Positions 1 to 13,300 of a stretch of 64,000 nucleotides of DNA are shown piece by piece. Source of the stretch: the human T2T-CHM13v2.0 reference genome, Homo sapiens. Positions within the stretch are counted from its first letter, which is position 1. Every line of letters starts with the position of its first letter. The DNA lies in assembly GCF_009914755.1 (NCBI RefSeq), contig NC_060937.1, one strand, 5' to 3'. The translations under genes and the position numbers were made by a program. A model generated the notes under the pieces. It searched no databases. It was not told where the DNA came from and saw nothing but the letters and a program-made list of their open reading frames with translations.

Positions 1-1896
1 CACACAGAAGTTTCTCAGAATGCTTCTGTGTAGTTTTTATGTGAAGATATTTCCTTTACCACCACAAGCCTCAAAGCACTCCAAATATCCACATGCAGAT
101 TCTACAAAAAGAGTGTTTCAAAACTGCTCAATCAAAAGAAAGATTCATCTCTGTAAGGTGAATGCACATATCACAATGTAGCTTCTGAGAAGGCTTCAGT
201 GTACCTTTTATGTGAAGATATTTCCTTTTCCACAATGGCCTCAAACTGCTCCAAATATCCACTTGCACATTCTACAAAAAGAGTATTTCACAACTGCTCA
301 ATCATAAGATAGGTTCAACTCTGTGAGATGAATGCACACATCACAAAGAAGTTTCTCAGAATGCTTCTGTGTAGGTTTTATTTGAAGACATTTCCTTTCC
401 CACCACAGACCGCAAATTGCTCCAAATATCCACTTGCAGATTCTATAAAAAAAGAGATTCAAAACTGATCAATCATAAGATAGGTTCAACTCTGTGAGAT
501 GTATGCACATTTCACAAAGAAGTTTCTCTGAATTCTTCCGTATAGTTTTTATGTGAAGATATTTCCTTTTCCACAATAGGCCTCAAAACGCCCCAAATAT
601 CCACTTTCAGATTCTACAACTAGAGTGTTTCAAATCTACTAAATCATAAGACAGTTTCAAATCTGTGAGATGAATTCACAAATCACAAATATGTTTATCA
701 GAATACTTCTGTGTAGTTTTCACATTAAGATATTTCATTTTCCACAATAGGCCTCAAAGCACTCCAAATATCCACTTGCAGATTCTACAAAAAGATTGTT
801 TCAATACTGCACAATCATAAGACAGGTTCAACTGTGTGAGATGAATGCAGACATCACAAAGAAGTTTCTCAGAATGCTTCTGTGAAGTTTTTATGTGAAG
901 ATATTTGCTTTTCCACAGTAGGCCTCAAAGCACTCCAAATATGCACTTGAAGATTCTACAAAAACAGTGTTCCAAAACTTTTGAATCATAAGATAGGTTC
1001 AACTCTGTGAGTTGAATGCACACATTGCAAAGAAATTCCTCAGAATGCTTCTGGGTAGTTTTTATTTGAAGATATTTCCTTTTCCTCCATAGGCCACAAA
1101 GGGCTCCAAATGTCCACTTGCAGATCCTACAAAAAGTGGGAATGAAAACTGCTCAATGAAAAGATATGTTCAACTCTGTGAGTTTAATGCACATATCACC
1201 AAGTAGTTTCTCAGAATGCTTCTGTGTAATTTTTATGTGAAGATATTACCTTTTTCACAATAGGCAACATGGGCTCCAAATACACACTTGCACTTTCTAC
1301 AAAAAGAGTGTTTCAAAACTGTTCAATCATAAGATAGGTTCAACATTGTGAGATGAAAGCACACATCACAAAGAAGTTTCTCAGAATGCTTCTGTGTAGT
1401 TCTCATGTGAAGATATTTCCTTTTCCACCATAGGCCACAAAGTGATACAAACATCCACTTGTAGATACTACAAAAAGAGTGCTTCCAAACTGCTCAATCA
1501 AAAGAAAGGATCAACTCTGTGAGATGAAGGCACACATGACCAAGACGTTCCTCAGAAATCTTTTTTGTAGTTTTTATGTGAAGGTATTTCCTATTCCACC
1601 ATAGGCCGAAAAGGGCTCCAAATATCCTCTTGCAGATTCTACAAAAAGAGAGATTCAAAACTGCTCAATCAAAAGATACTTTCTACTCTGTGAGTTTAAT
1701 GCACACTTAACAAAGTTGTTTCTCAGAATGCTTCTGTGTAGTTTTTATGTGAAGATATTCCCATTTCCACTATAGGCCTCGAAGCGCTCCAAATATCCAC
1801 TTGCAGATTCCACAAAAATAAAGTTTCAAAACTGCTGAGTGAAAAGAAAGGTTCAACACTGTGAGATGAATGCACATATCGCAAAGAAGTTTCTCC

Positions 1897-2243
1897 GAAT
1901 GATTCTGTGCAGTTTTTATGTGAAGATATTTCCTTTTCCACAATAGGAATCTAAGCACTCCAAATATCAACTTGCAGATTGTACAGAAAGAGTGTTTCAA
2001 AACTGCTCAATGAAAAGAAAGGTTCAACTCTGTGAGATGAATGCACACATCACCATGAATTTTCTCAGAATGATTCTGTGCAGTTTTTATGTGAAGATAT
2101 TTCCTTTTCCACAATAGGAATCTAAGCACTCCAAATATCAACTTGCAGATTGTACAGAAAGAGTGTTTCAAAACTGCTCAATGAAAAGAAAGGTTCAACT
2201 CTGTGAGATGAATGCACACATCACCATGAATTTTCTCAGAATG
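1897..2243 (-). repeat. Apparently perfect tandem duplication of one 171-bp monomer
   Basis: GAATGATTCTGTGCAG...AGGAATCTAAGCAC...CACCATGAATTTTC at 1897 and 2068. Confidence 0.92.
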
Positions 2244-5200
2244 CTTCTGTGTAGTTTTTAGTTGAAGATATTCCCATTTCCACCATACGCTGCTAATGCC
2301 TCCAAATATCCACTTGCAGATTCTACAGAAAGAGAGTTTCAAAACTGTTCAATTAAAAGACAGATTCACCTCCGTGAGTTGAATGCACACATCACAGAGA
2401 AGTTTCTCAGAAAGCTTCTGTGTAGTTTTTATGTGAAGATATTTCCTTTTACACAACAGGCCTCAAAGTGCTCCAAATATTCACTTGCAGATACTTCAAA
2501 AAGATTGTTTCAAAACTGCTCAATCAAGAGAAATGTTCATCTCTGTGAGATGAATGCACACATCACAAAGAAGTTTCTCAGAAAACTTCTTTGTGTTTTT
2601 TATGTGAAGGCATTTCCTTTTCCACAATAGGCCACAAAAGACTCCAAATATCCACTTGCAGATACTATAAAAAGAGAGTTTCAAAGTGGCTCAATCAAAA
2701 GATAGGTTCAACTCTGTGAGTTGAATCACATATCACAAAGGAGTTTCTCAGATTGCTTCTGTGTAGTTTTTATGTGAAGATATTTCCTTTTCCACAATAG
2801 GCCTCAAAGCTTTTCAAATATCCACTTGCAGATTAGAAAAAACAGTGTTTCAAAACTGTTCAATCCAAAGTTTCAACTCTGTGAGATGAATGCACGTATC
2901 CAAAGAAGTTTCTCAGAATGATTCTGTGTAGTTTTTATGTGAAGATATTTCGTTTTCCAAAATAGGCCACAAAGCCCTCCAAATATCCACTTGCAGATTC
3001 TACAAATAGAGTGTTTCAAAACTGCTCAAGCAAAAGAAAGGTTCAACTGTGTGAGATAATTGCACACATCACAAAGAAGTTTCTCAGAATGCTTCTGTGT
3101 AGTTTTAATGTGAATATATTTGTTGTTCAACTGTTGGCCTCAAAGCGCTCCAAATATCCACTTGCATATTCTACAAATAGAGTGTTTCAAAACTACTCAA
3201 TCAAAAGAAAAGTTCAACTCTGTGAGTTGAATACACACATCCACAGAAGTTTCTCAGAATTCTTATGTGTAATTTTTATGTGAAGATATTTCCTATTCCA
3301 CTGTAGGCCTCAATGCGCTCCAAATATCCTCTTGCAGATTCTACAAAGAGAGTGTAACAAAACTGCTCAATCAAAAGAAAGTTCAGCTCCTTGAGATGAA
3401 TGCACACATCGCAAATAAGTTTCTCAGAATGCTTCTGTGTAGTTTTTATGTGAAGATATTTGTTTTTCCAGAGTAGGCCTCAAAGCACTCCTAATATCCA
3501 CTTGCAGATTCTGCAAAGACTGTGTTTCATAACTTCTCAATCAAAAGAAAGTTTCAAGTCGGTGAAATGAAAGCACACAACACAAAGACCCTTCTCAGAA
3601 TGCTTCTGTGTAGTTTTTATGTGAAGATATTTAATTTTAGACAATAAGCCTCAAAGCGCTCCAAATAACCACTTGCAGATTCAAAAAAAAAGAGCTTTTC
3701 AAAACTGCTCAATCCAAAGAGAGGTTCAACTCTGTGAGATGAATGCACACATCCCAAAGAAGTTTCTCAGACTGCTTCTGTGTAGTTTTTTTTTTTAAGA
3801 TATTTCCGTTTCCACAATAGGCCACAAAGGAATCCAAATATCTAGTTGCAGAATCTACAAAAAGAGAGATTCAAAACTGCTCGATCAAAAAATAGGTTCA
3901 ACTCTGTGAGTTGAATGTACACATCACAAAGAATTTTCTGAGAATGTTTCTGTGTAGTTTTTAGGTGAAGATATTTCCTTTTTCAAAACAGGCCTCAAAA
4001 GCCCCCAAATATCCACTTGCAGATTCTACAAAAAGATTGTTTCAATACTGCTCAATCATAAGGCAGTTTCAACTGTGTGAGATGAATGAAGACATAACAA
4101 AGATTTTTCTCAGAATGCTTCTGTGAAGTTTTTATGTGAAGATATTTGCTTTTCCACAGTAGGCCTCAAAGCCCTCTAAATATCCACTTGAAGATATTAC
4201 AAAAACAGTGTTTCAAAACTGCTGAATCATAAAATAGGTTCAACTCTGTGATTTGAATGCACACATAGCAAAGAAGTTCCTCAGAATGCTTCTGGGTAGT
4301 TTTAATTTGAAGATATTTCCTTTTCCTCCATAGGCCACAAAGGGCTCCAAATGTCCACTTGCAGATCCTGCAAAAAGAGGGAATCAAAACTGCTCAATGA
4401 AAAGATAGGTTCACCTCTGTGGGTTTAATGCACATATCACAAAGTCGTTTCTCAGAATGCTTCTGTGTAGTTTTTATATGAAGATATTTCCTTTTTCACA
4501 ATAGGCTGCATGGGTTCCAAATATACACTTGCATTTTCTACAAAAAGAGTGTTTCAAAACTGCTCAATCATAAGATAGGTTGAACATTGTGAGATGAAAG
4601 CACACATCAGAAAGAAGTTTCTCAGAATGCTTCTGTGTAGTTCTCATGTGAAGATATTTCCTTTTCCACCTTAGGCTGCAAAGGGCTCCAAATATCCGCT
4701 TGCAGATCCTATAAAAAGAGAGATTCAAAACTGATCAATAATAAGATAGGTTCAACCCTGTGAGTCGTATGCACACATCAGAAAGAAGATTCTCAGAAGT
4801 CTTTTTTGTAGTTTTTATGTGAAGATATTTCCTTTTCCACAATATGCATCAAAGCGCTCCAAATATCCAATTGCAGATTGTACAGAAAGAGTGTTTCAAA
4901 ACTGCTCAATCAAAAGAAAGTTTAAACTTTGTGAGATGAAGGAACACCTCGCAAAGAAGTTTCTCAGAATGCCTTTGTTTTATTTTAAGATATTTCCTTT
5001 TCCTCCATAGCCCGCAAAAGGCTCCAAATATCCCCTGGCAGATTCTGCAAAAAGAGAGATTCAAAACTGCTAAATCAAAAGATAGCTTCAACTCTTCGAA
5101 TTCAATGCACACATCAGAAAGAAGTTTCTCAGAATTCTTTGGTGTAGTTTTTATATGAAGATATTTCGTTTTCCATGATAGGCTGCAAAGGGTTCAAAAT

Positions 5201-8200
5201 ACTCACTTGCAGATTCTACAAAAACAGAGATTCAAAACTGCTCAATCAAAACATACGTTCAACTCTGTGTGTTGAATGCACACATTACAGAGAAGTTTCA
5301 AAGAATGCTTCTATGTAGTTTTTATGTGAAGATATATCCTTTTCCACAATAAGCCACAAAGGGCTCCAAATATCCACTTGCAGATTCTACAAAAACGGTG
5401 TTTCATAAAGCCCAATCATAAGATAGGTTCAACTCTGTGAGATGAATTCACATATCACAAAGAAGTTTCTCAGAATGCTTCTGTGTAGTTTTTATTTGAA
5501 GATATTTCCTTTTCCACCATAGGCTGCAAGGGGTTCCAAATATCCACTTGCAGATTCTACAAAAAGAGAGATTTAAAACTGCTCAATCAAAAGATAGTTT
5601 CAACTCTGTGTGTTAAATGCACACATCACAAAGAAGTTTCTAAGAAAGCTTCTGTGTAGTTTTTATATGAAGATATTTCTTTTTCCACCATAGGCCTAAA
5701 AGCACTCCAAATATTCACTTGCAGATTCTACAAAAAGAGTTTTTCAAAACTGCTCAATCAATAGAATGTTCAACCCTGTGAGATTAATGCACACATCAAA
5801 AAGAAGTTTCTCAAAATGCCTCTGTGAAGTTTTCATGTGAGGATATTTGCTTTTCCACAGTCGGCCTCAAATCACTCCAAATATCCACTTTCAGATACTA
5901 CAAAAACCGTGTTTCAAATCTGCTCCATCAAAAGAAAAGTTCAACTCTGTGAGATGAATGCACACATCACAAAGAAGTTTCTCAGAATATTTCTGTGTAG
6001 TTTTTATGTGAAGATATCTTCTTTTCTAAAGTAGGCCTCAAAGCACTCCAAATATCCACCTGCAGATTCTACAAAAACAGTATTTCAAAACTAGTCAATC
6101 AAAATAAAGTTTCAACTCTGTGTGGTGAATGCATTCATCACAAAGAAGTTACTCAGAATGCGTCCATGTAATTTTTATGTGAGGATTATGCTTTTCCACA
6201 GTAGGCCTCAAAGCACTCCAAATAACCACTTGCAGATTCTACAAAAGTGTGTTTCAAATATCCTCAATAAAAAGAAAAATTCAAATCTGTGAGATGATTG
6301 CACACATCACAAAGAAGTTTCTCAGAATGGTTGTGTGTAGTTTTTATGTGAAGATATTTCCTTTTCCGCAGAAGGTCTCAGAGCTCTCCAAATATCCACT
6401 TGCGGATACTACAAAAACAATGTTTCAAAACTGCTCATTCGAAAGAAATTTTCAACACTTTGAGATGAATGCACACATCAAAAAAGAGTTTCTCAAAATG
6501 CTTCTGTGTAGTTTTTATTGGAAGAAATTTCCTTTTCCACCATAGGCCAGAAGGGGCTCCAAATATCCACTTGCAGATTCTACAGAAAGAGAGATTCAAA
6601 ACTGCCGAATCAAAAGACAAGTTCAACTCGGTGAGTTTAATGCACACATCACAAAGAGGTTTCTCTGAATCCTTCTGCGTAGTTTTTATATGAATATATT
6701 TTCTTTTCCACTGTAGGCCTCAAAGCGCTCCAAATATCCACTGGTGGATTCTACAAAAAGATAGATTCAAAGCTGCTCAATCAAAAGAATGGTTCAACTC
6801 TGTGGTAAGATAGATTCTACTCTGTGAGACGAATGCACAATTTACAAAGAAGTTTCTCAGAATGCTTCTGCGTAGTTTATATTTAAAGATAACTCCTTTT
6901 CCTAAAGAGCATCAAATATCCAATTGCAGATTCTACAAAAAGAGAGACTCAAATCTGCTCAGTCAAAAGAAAGGTTCAACTTTGTGAGATGAATGCACTC
7001 ATCATGAAGAAGTTTCTCAGAATGCCTCTGTGTGGTTTCTTTCTGAAGATATTTGCTTTTCCACAGTAAGCCACAGAGCACTCCAAATATCCACTAGCAG
7101 ATTCCACAAAAACAGTGTTTCAAAACCGCTCAGTCAAAAGAAAGATTCAACTCTTTGAGATGAATGCACACATCACAAAGAAGTTTCTCAGAATGCTTCT
7201 ATGTGGTTTTTATGTGAAGATATTACCTTTTCCACAATAGTACTCAAAGCCCTCCAAGTATCCACTTACAGATTCTACAAAGAGAGTGTTTCAAAACTGC
7301 TCAATCATAAGATAGGATCAACTCTGTGAGATGAATGCACAAATCACAAAGAAGTTTCTCAGAATGCTTCTGTGTAGATTTATTTGAAGATATTTCATTT
7401 TCCTCCAAAGGTCACAAAGGGCTCCACATATCCACATGCAGATTCTACAAAAACATAGATTCAAAACTGCTCAATCAAATGATAGGTTCAAGTATGTGAG
7501 TTGAATGTTCACATCAAAAGTAGTTTGTCAGAATGCTTCTGTGTATTTTTTATGTGAAGATATTTCCTTCTCCACAATAGGCCTCAAAGCCCTCCAAATA
7601 TCTACTTGCAGATTCTAGAAAAAGAGTTTTTCATAAGTGCTCAATCAAAAGAAAGTTTCAACTCCGTGAGCACACATCACAAAGAAGTTTCTCAGAATGC
7701 TTCTGTGTAGTTTTTATGTGAAGATATATGCTTTTCTACAGTAGGCCTCAAGTATCTCCAAATATCCACTTGTAGATACTACAAAAAGAGTGTTTCAAAA
7801 CTGCTCAATCGAAAGAAAGTTTCAACTCTGTGAGATGAATGCACACATCCCAAAAAAACTTCTCAGAATGTTTCTGTGTAGTTATTACGTGAAGATATTT
7901 CCTTTTCCATAACAGGCTTCAAAGCGCTGCATATATCCTTTAGCAGATTGTACAAAAAGAGTGTTTGAAAAGTTCTCAATGATAAGATAGGTTCAACTCT
8001 GTGAGAAGAATGCACACATCACTAAGAATTTTCTCAGAATGCTTCTGCGCAGTTTTTATTTGAAGATATTTCCTTTTTCACCATAGGCAGAAAAGGGCCC
8101 CAAGTATCCACTTGCAGATTCTGCAAAAGAGATATTCAAAACAGCTCAATCAAAAGATAGGTTCAACTCTGTGAGTTGAATGCACACATCTTAAATAATT

Positions 8201-11200
8201 TTCTCAGAATGCTTCTGTGTAGTCTTTATTAGAAAATATTTCCTTTTCCAAAATAAGCCTCAAATCCTCCAAATATCCACCTGCAAATTTTATGAAAAGA
8301 GTGTTTCGAAACTGCTCAATGATATGATAGTTTCAGTTCTGTGAGATGAGTTCACACATCACAAAGAGGTTTCTCACAATGCTGTCATATAGAGTTTATT
8401 TCAAGATATGTCCTTTTCCACCATAGGCCAATAAGGGCTCCAAATATCCAGTTGAAGTTTCTACAGAAAGAGAGATTCAAAACTGCTCAATCAAAAGATT
8501 GGTTCAACTCTGTGAGTTGAAAGCACACATCACAAAATAATTTCTCAGAATGCTTCTGTGTAGTATTTATGTGAAGATATTACCTTTTCCAAAATAGGCC
8601 TCAAATCCCTCCAAATATGCACCTGCAGATTCTACAAAAAGAGCGTTTCAAATCTGCTCAATCAAAATAAATGTTAAAATCTGTGTGGTGAATGCACAGA
8701 TCAAAAAGAACTCTCTCAGAATGCGTACGTGTAGTTTTTATGTGAAGATATTTCCTTTTCCACAATAGGCCTCAAAGCTGTCCAAATATCCACTTGCAGA
8801 TTCTACGAAAACAGTGTGTCAAAACTGCTCAATATTAAGATAGGTTCAACTCTGTGAGATGAATTCACACATCAGAAAGAAGTTTCTCAGAATGCTTCTG
8901 TGCAGTTTTTATAGGTAGATATTTCCTTTTCCACAATAGGCCATAAAGTGCTCCAAATATCCACTTCCACTTGCAGATTCTACAAAAAGAGTGTTTCAAA
9001 ACTGCTCAATCAAAAGATAGGTTCAACACTGTGAGTTGAATGCACACATCAAAAATGAGTTTCTCAGAATGCTTCTGTGTAGTGTTTATGTGAAGATATT
9101 TCCTTTTCCAAAATAGGCCCCAAAGCCCTCCAAATATCCACTTGCAGATTCTACATAAAAAGTGTTACAAAACTGTTCAATCTAAAGAAAGGTTCAACTC
9201 TGTGTGATGAATGCACTCATCAGAAAGAAGTTTCTCAGAATGCTTCTCTGTAGTTTTTATGTGAAGATATATCCTTTTCCACAATAGGCCTCAAAGATTT
9301 CCAAATATCCACTTTCAGATTCTACAAAATAGTGTTTCAAAACTGCTCAATCATAGTATAGGTTCAACTCTGTGAAAATAATGCACTCATCTCAAAGAAG
9401 TTTCTCAGAATGCTTCTGTGTAGTTTTTATATGAAGATATTTCCTTTTCCACCATAGGCTGAAAAGGGCTCAAAACATCCTCTTGCAGATTCTACAAAAA
9501 GAGAAATTCAAAACTGCTCAATCAAAAGATAGTTTCAACTTAGTGAGTTTAATGCACACTTAACAAAGGTGTTTCTCAGAATTCTTCTGTGTAGTTTTTA
9601 TTTAAAGATATTTCCTTTTCCACAATAGGCCTCAAAGTGCTCCAAATGTCCACTTGCAGATTCTACAAAAAGAGTGTTTCAAAACTACTCAATCAAACGA
9701 AAAGTTCAACTCTGTGAGATTAAAGCACACATCACAAAGAAGTTTCTCAAAATGCCTTTGTGTAGTTTTTTTGTGAAGATGTTTTCTTTTCCACATTAGA
9801 CCTGAAAACAATCCAAATATCCACCTGCAGATTCCACAAAATCATTGTTTCAAAATTTCTCAATCAAAAGAAATCTTCAACTCTGTGAGATGAATGCACA
9901 CATCACAAAGTAATTTCTCACAATGGCTCTGTGTAGTTTTTTTGTGAAGACATTTTCTTTTCCACAGTAGATCTGAAAGTGCTCCAAATATCCACTTGCT
10001 GATTCTACAAAAACAGTGTTTCAAAATTACTCAGTCAAAAGAAAGTTTCGACTCTGTGAGATGAATTCACATATTACAAAGAAGTTTCTCAGAGTGTTTC
10101 TGTGTAGTTTTTATGTGAAGATATTTCCTTTCCAACAAAAGGCATCAAAGCTCTCCAAGAATCCACTTGCAGATTCTAGAAAGAGAGTGTAACAAAACTG
10201 CTCATTCATAAGATATGTTCAACACCGTGAGATGAATGTACACATTACTGAAGTTTCTCAGAATTCTTCTGTGTAGTTTATATTTGAAGATATTTCCTTT
10301 TCCCCCATGGGCTGCAAGGGCTCCAAATATACACTTTCAGATTCTACAAAAAGAGAGATTCAAAACTGCTCAATCAAAAGATAGGTTCAACTGTGTGAGT
10401 TGAATGCACATCACAAAGTAGTTTCTCAGAATGCCTCTGTGTAGTTTTTATGTGAAAATATTTTCTTTTTCAGAGTAAGCCTCAATTGCTCCAAATATCC
10501 ACTTGCAGATGCTACAAAAACACTGTTTCAAAACTGCTCAATCAAAAGAAATGTTCAACTCTGTGAGAGGAATGCACATATCACAGGGAAGTTTCCCAGA
10601 AAGCTTCTGTTTAGTTTTTATGTGAAGATATTTCCTTTTCCACAGTAGGCCTCATAATGCTCCAAGTATCCACTTACAGATTCTACAAAGAGAGTGTTTC
10701 AAAACTGCTCAATCAAAACATAAGTTCAACTCTGTGAGATGAATGCACAGATCATGAAGAAGTTTCTCTGAATGCTTCTGTGTACCTTTTCTTTGAAGAT
10801 ATTTCCTTTTTATTCATAGGCCAGAAAGGCACCAAATATCCAGTTGCAGATTCTATGAAGAGAGATTCAATATTGCTCAATGAAAAGATAGGTTCAACTA
10901 TGTGAGTTGAATGCACACATCACGAAGAAGTTTCTCAGAATGCCTCAGTGTAGTTCTTATGTGAAGATATTTGTTTTTCCACAGTAGGCCTCAAAGCACT
11001 CCGAATATCCACTTGCAGATTCTACGAAAACAGCGTTTCAAAATTGCTCAATCAAAAGAAAATTTCAACACTGTGAGATGAATGCACACATCACAAAGTA
11101 GTTTCTCACAATTCCTCCGTGTAGAGTTTATTTAAAGATATTCCCTTTTCCACCATAGGCCAATAAGGTCTCTAAATATCCGGTTGAAGATTCTACGAAA

Positions 11201-12396
11201 ACATTCAAAGCTGATCCATCAAGAGATTGGTTAAACTCTGTGAGCTGAATGCACATATCACAAAGATGTTTCTCAGAATGCTTCTGTGTAGTCTTTATGT
11301 AAAAATATTTCCTTTTCCAAAATAGGCCTCAAAGCCCTGCAAGTATCCACCTGCAGATTCTACAAAAAGAGCGTTTCAAATCTGCTCAATCAAAAAAATG
11401 TTAAAATCTGTGTAATGAATGTACACATCATAAAGAAGTTTCTCAGAATGCCTACGTGTAGTTTTTATGTGAAGATATTTCCTTTTCCCCAATAGGCCTC
11501 AAAGCTGTCCAAATATCCACTTGCAGATTCTACAAAAAGAGTGTTTGAAAACTGCTCTATCAAAAGATAGTTTCAAAACTGCGAGTTGAATGTACATATC
11601 ACAAAGAAGTTTCTCAGAATGTGTCTGTGTAGTTTTGATGTGAAGATATTTCCTTTTCCAAAATAGGCCTCAAAGTCCTCCAAATATCGACTTGCAGTTT
11701 CTACATAAAGAGTGTTACAAAACTGTTCAATCAAAAGGAAAGGTTCAACTCTGTGTGATGAATGCACTCATAACAAAAAGTTTCTCAGAATGCTTCTGTG
11801 TAGTTTTTATATGAAGTTATTTCCTTTTCCACAATATACCTAAAAGTGCTCCAAATATAAACTTGCAGATTCTACAAAAAGAGTGACTCAAAACTGTTCA
11901 ATCAAAAGATAGGTTCAACTCTGAGTTGAATGCACACATCACAAAAAGTTTCTCAGAATGCTTCTGTGTAGTTGTTATGTGAAGATATTTCCTTTTCCAC
12001 ACTAGGTCTCAAAGCTCTCTAAATATCCACTTGCAGATTCTGCAATAAGAGAGATTCAGAACTGCTCCATCAAAATATAGGCTCAATTCTGTGAGTTGAA
12101 TGCACATATCACAAAGATGTTTCTCAGAATTCTTTTGTGTAGTTTTTATGTGAAGATATTTCCTTTTCCGCAATTGGCCTCAAAGGTCTCCCAATATCCA
12201 CTTGAACATACTTCAAAAAGAGAGATTCAAAACTGATCAATCAAAAGATAGGTTCGAGTCCATGAGTTGCATGAACGCCTCAAAAGGAAGTTTCTGAGAA
12301 TGCTTCTGTGTAGTTTTTATGTGAAGATATTTGCTTTTCCTCAATAGGCCTCAAAGCGCTCCAAATATCCACTTGCAGATTCTGCAAAAAGAGAGA

Positions 12397-12761
12397 TTCA
12401 AAACTGCTCAATCAAAAGATAAGTTCAACTCTGTTTGTTGAATGCACACATAAATAAGAAGTTTCTCAGAATGCTTCTGTGTAGTTTTTATGTGAAGATA
12501 TTTCCTTTTCCAAAAGAGGCCTCAAAGCCCTAAAAATATCCACTTCCAGATTCTACAAAAAGAGTGTTTCAAAACTGCTCAATCAAAAGATAAGTTCAAC
12601 TCTGTTTGTTGAATGCACACATAAATAAGAAGTTTCTCAGAATGCTTCTGTGTAGTTTTTATGTGAAGATATTTCCTTTTCCAAAAGAGGCCTCAAAGCC
12701 CTAAAAATATCCACTTCCAGATTCTACAAAAAGAGTGTTTCAAAACTGCTCAATCAAAAGA
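12397..12761 (-). repeat. Apparently perfect tandem duplication of one 171-bp monomer
   Basis: GATAAGTTCAACTCTGTTTGTTG...CATAAATAAG...CCCTAAAAATATCCACTTCC occurs twice, 171 bp apart. Confidence 0.92.
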
Positions 12762-13300
12762 AAAGTTCAACTCTGTGTGATGAATGCACTCATCACAAAG
12801 AAGTTTCTCTGAATCCTTCTGTATAGTTTGTATTTGAAGATATTTCCTTTTCCACCTTAGGGCGCAAGGGGCTCCAAATATCCCCTTGCAGATTCTACAG
12901 AAAGAGAGATTAAAAACTTCTCAATCAAAAGATAGGTTCAACACTGTGAGTTAAATGTACTCATCACAACGAAGTTTCTCAGAATGCTTCTGTGTAGTTT
13001 TTATATGAAGATATTTCCGTTTCCACAATAGGACTCAAATCGCTCCAAATATCCACTTGCAGATTCTACAAAAGCAGTGTATCAAAACTGCTCAATCAAA
13101 AGAAAGGATCAACTCTGTGAGATGAATGCATACATCACAAAGTTTCTCAGAATGCTTCTGTGTAGTTTTTGTGTGAACATATTTCCTTTTCCACAATAGG
13201 CCTCAAAGTTCTCCAAATACCCACTTGCAGATTCTACAAAGAGTGTTTCAAAACTGCTCTATCAAAAGAAATGTTTAACTCTGTGACATGAATGCACACA

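Larger units (their letters stand above)
1..13300 (-). repeat. Diverged monomeric alpha satellite, class 1 (reverse orientation)
   Basis: ~171-bp periodic CACATCACAAAGAAGTTTCTCAGAATGCTTCTGTGTAGTTTTTATGTGAAGATATTTCCTTTTCCAC...CCAAATATCCACTTGCAGATTCTACAAAAAGAG, the reverse complement of the alphoid consensus. Neighbouring monomers are clearly diverged. Right boundary is approximate. Confidence 0.97.
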
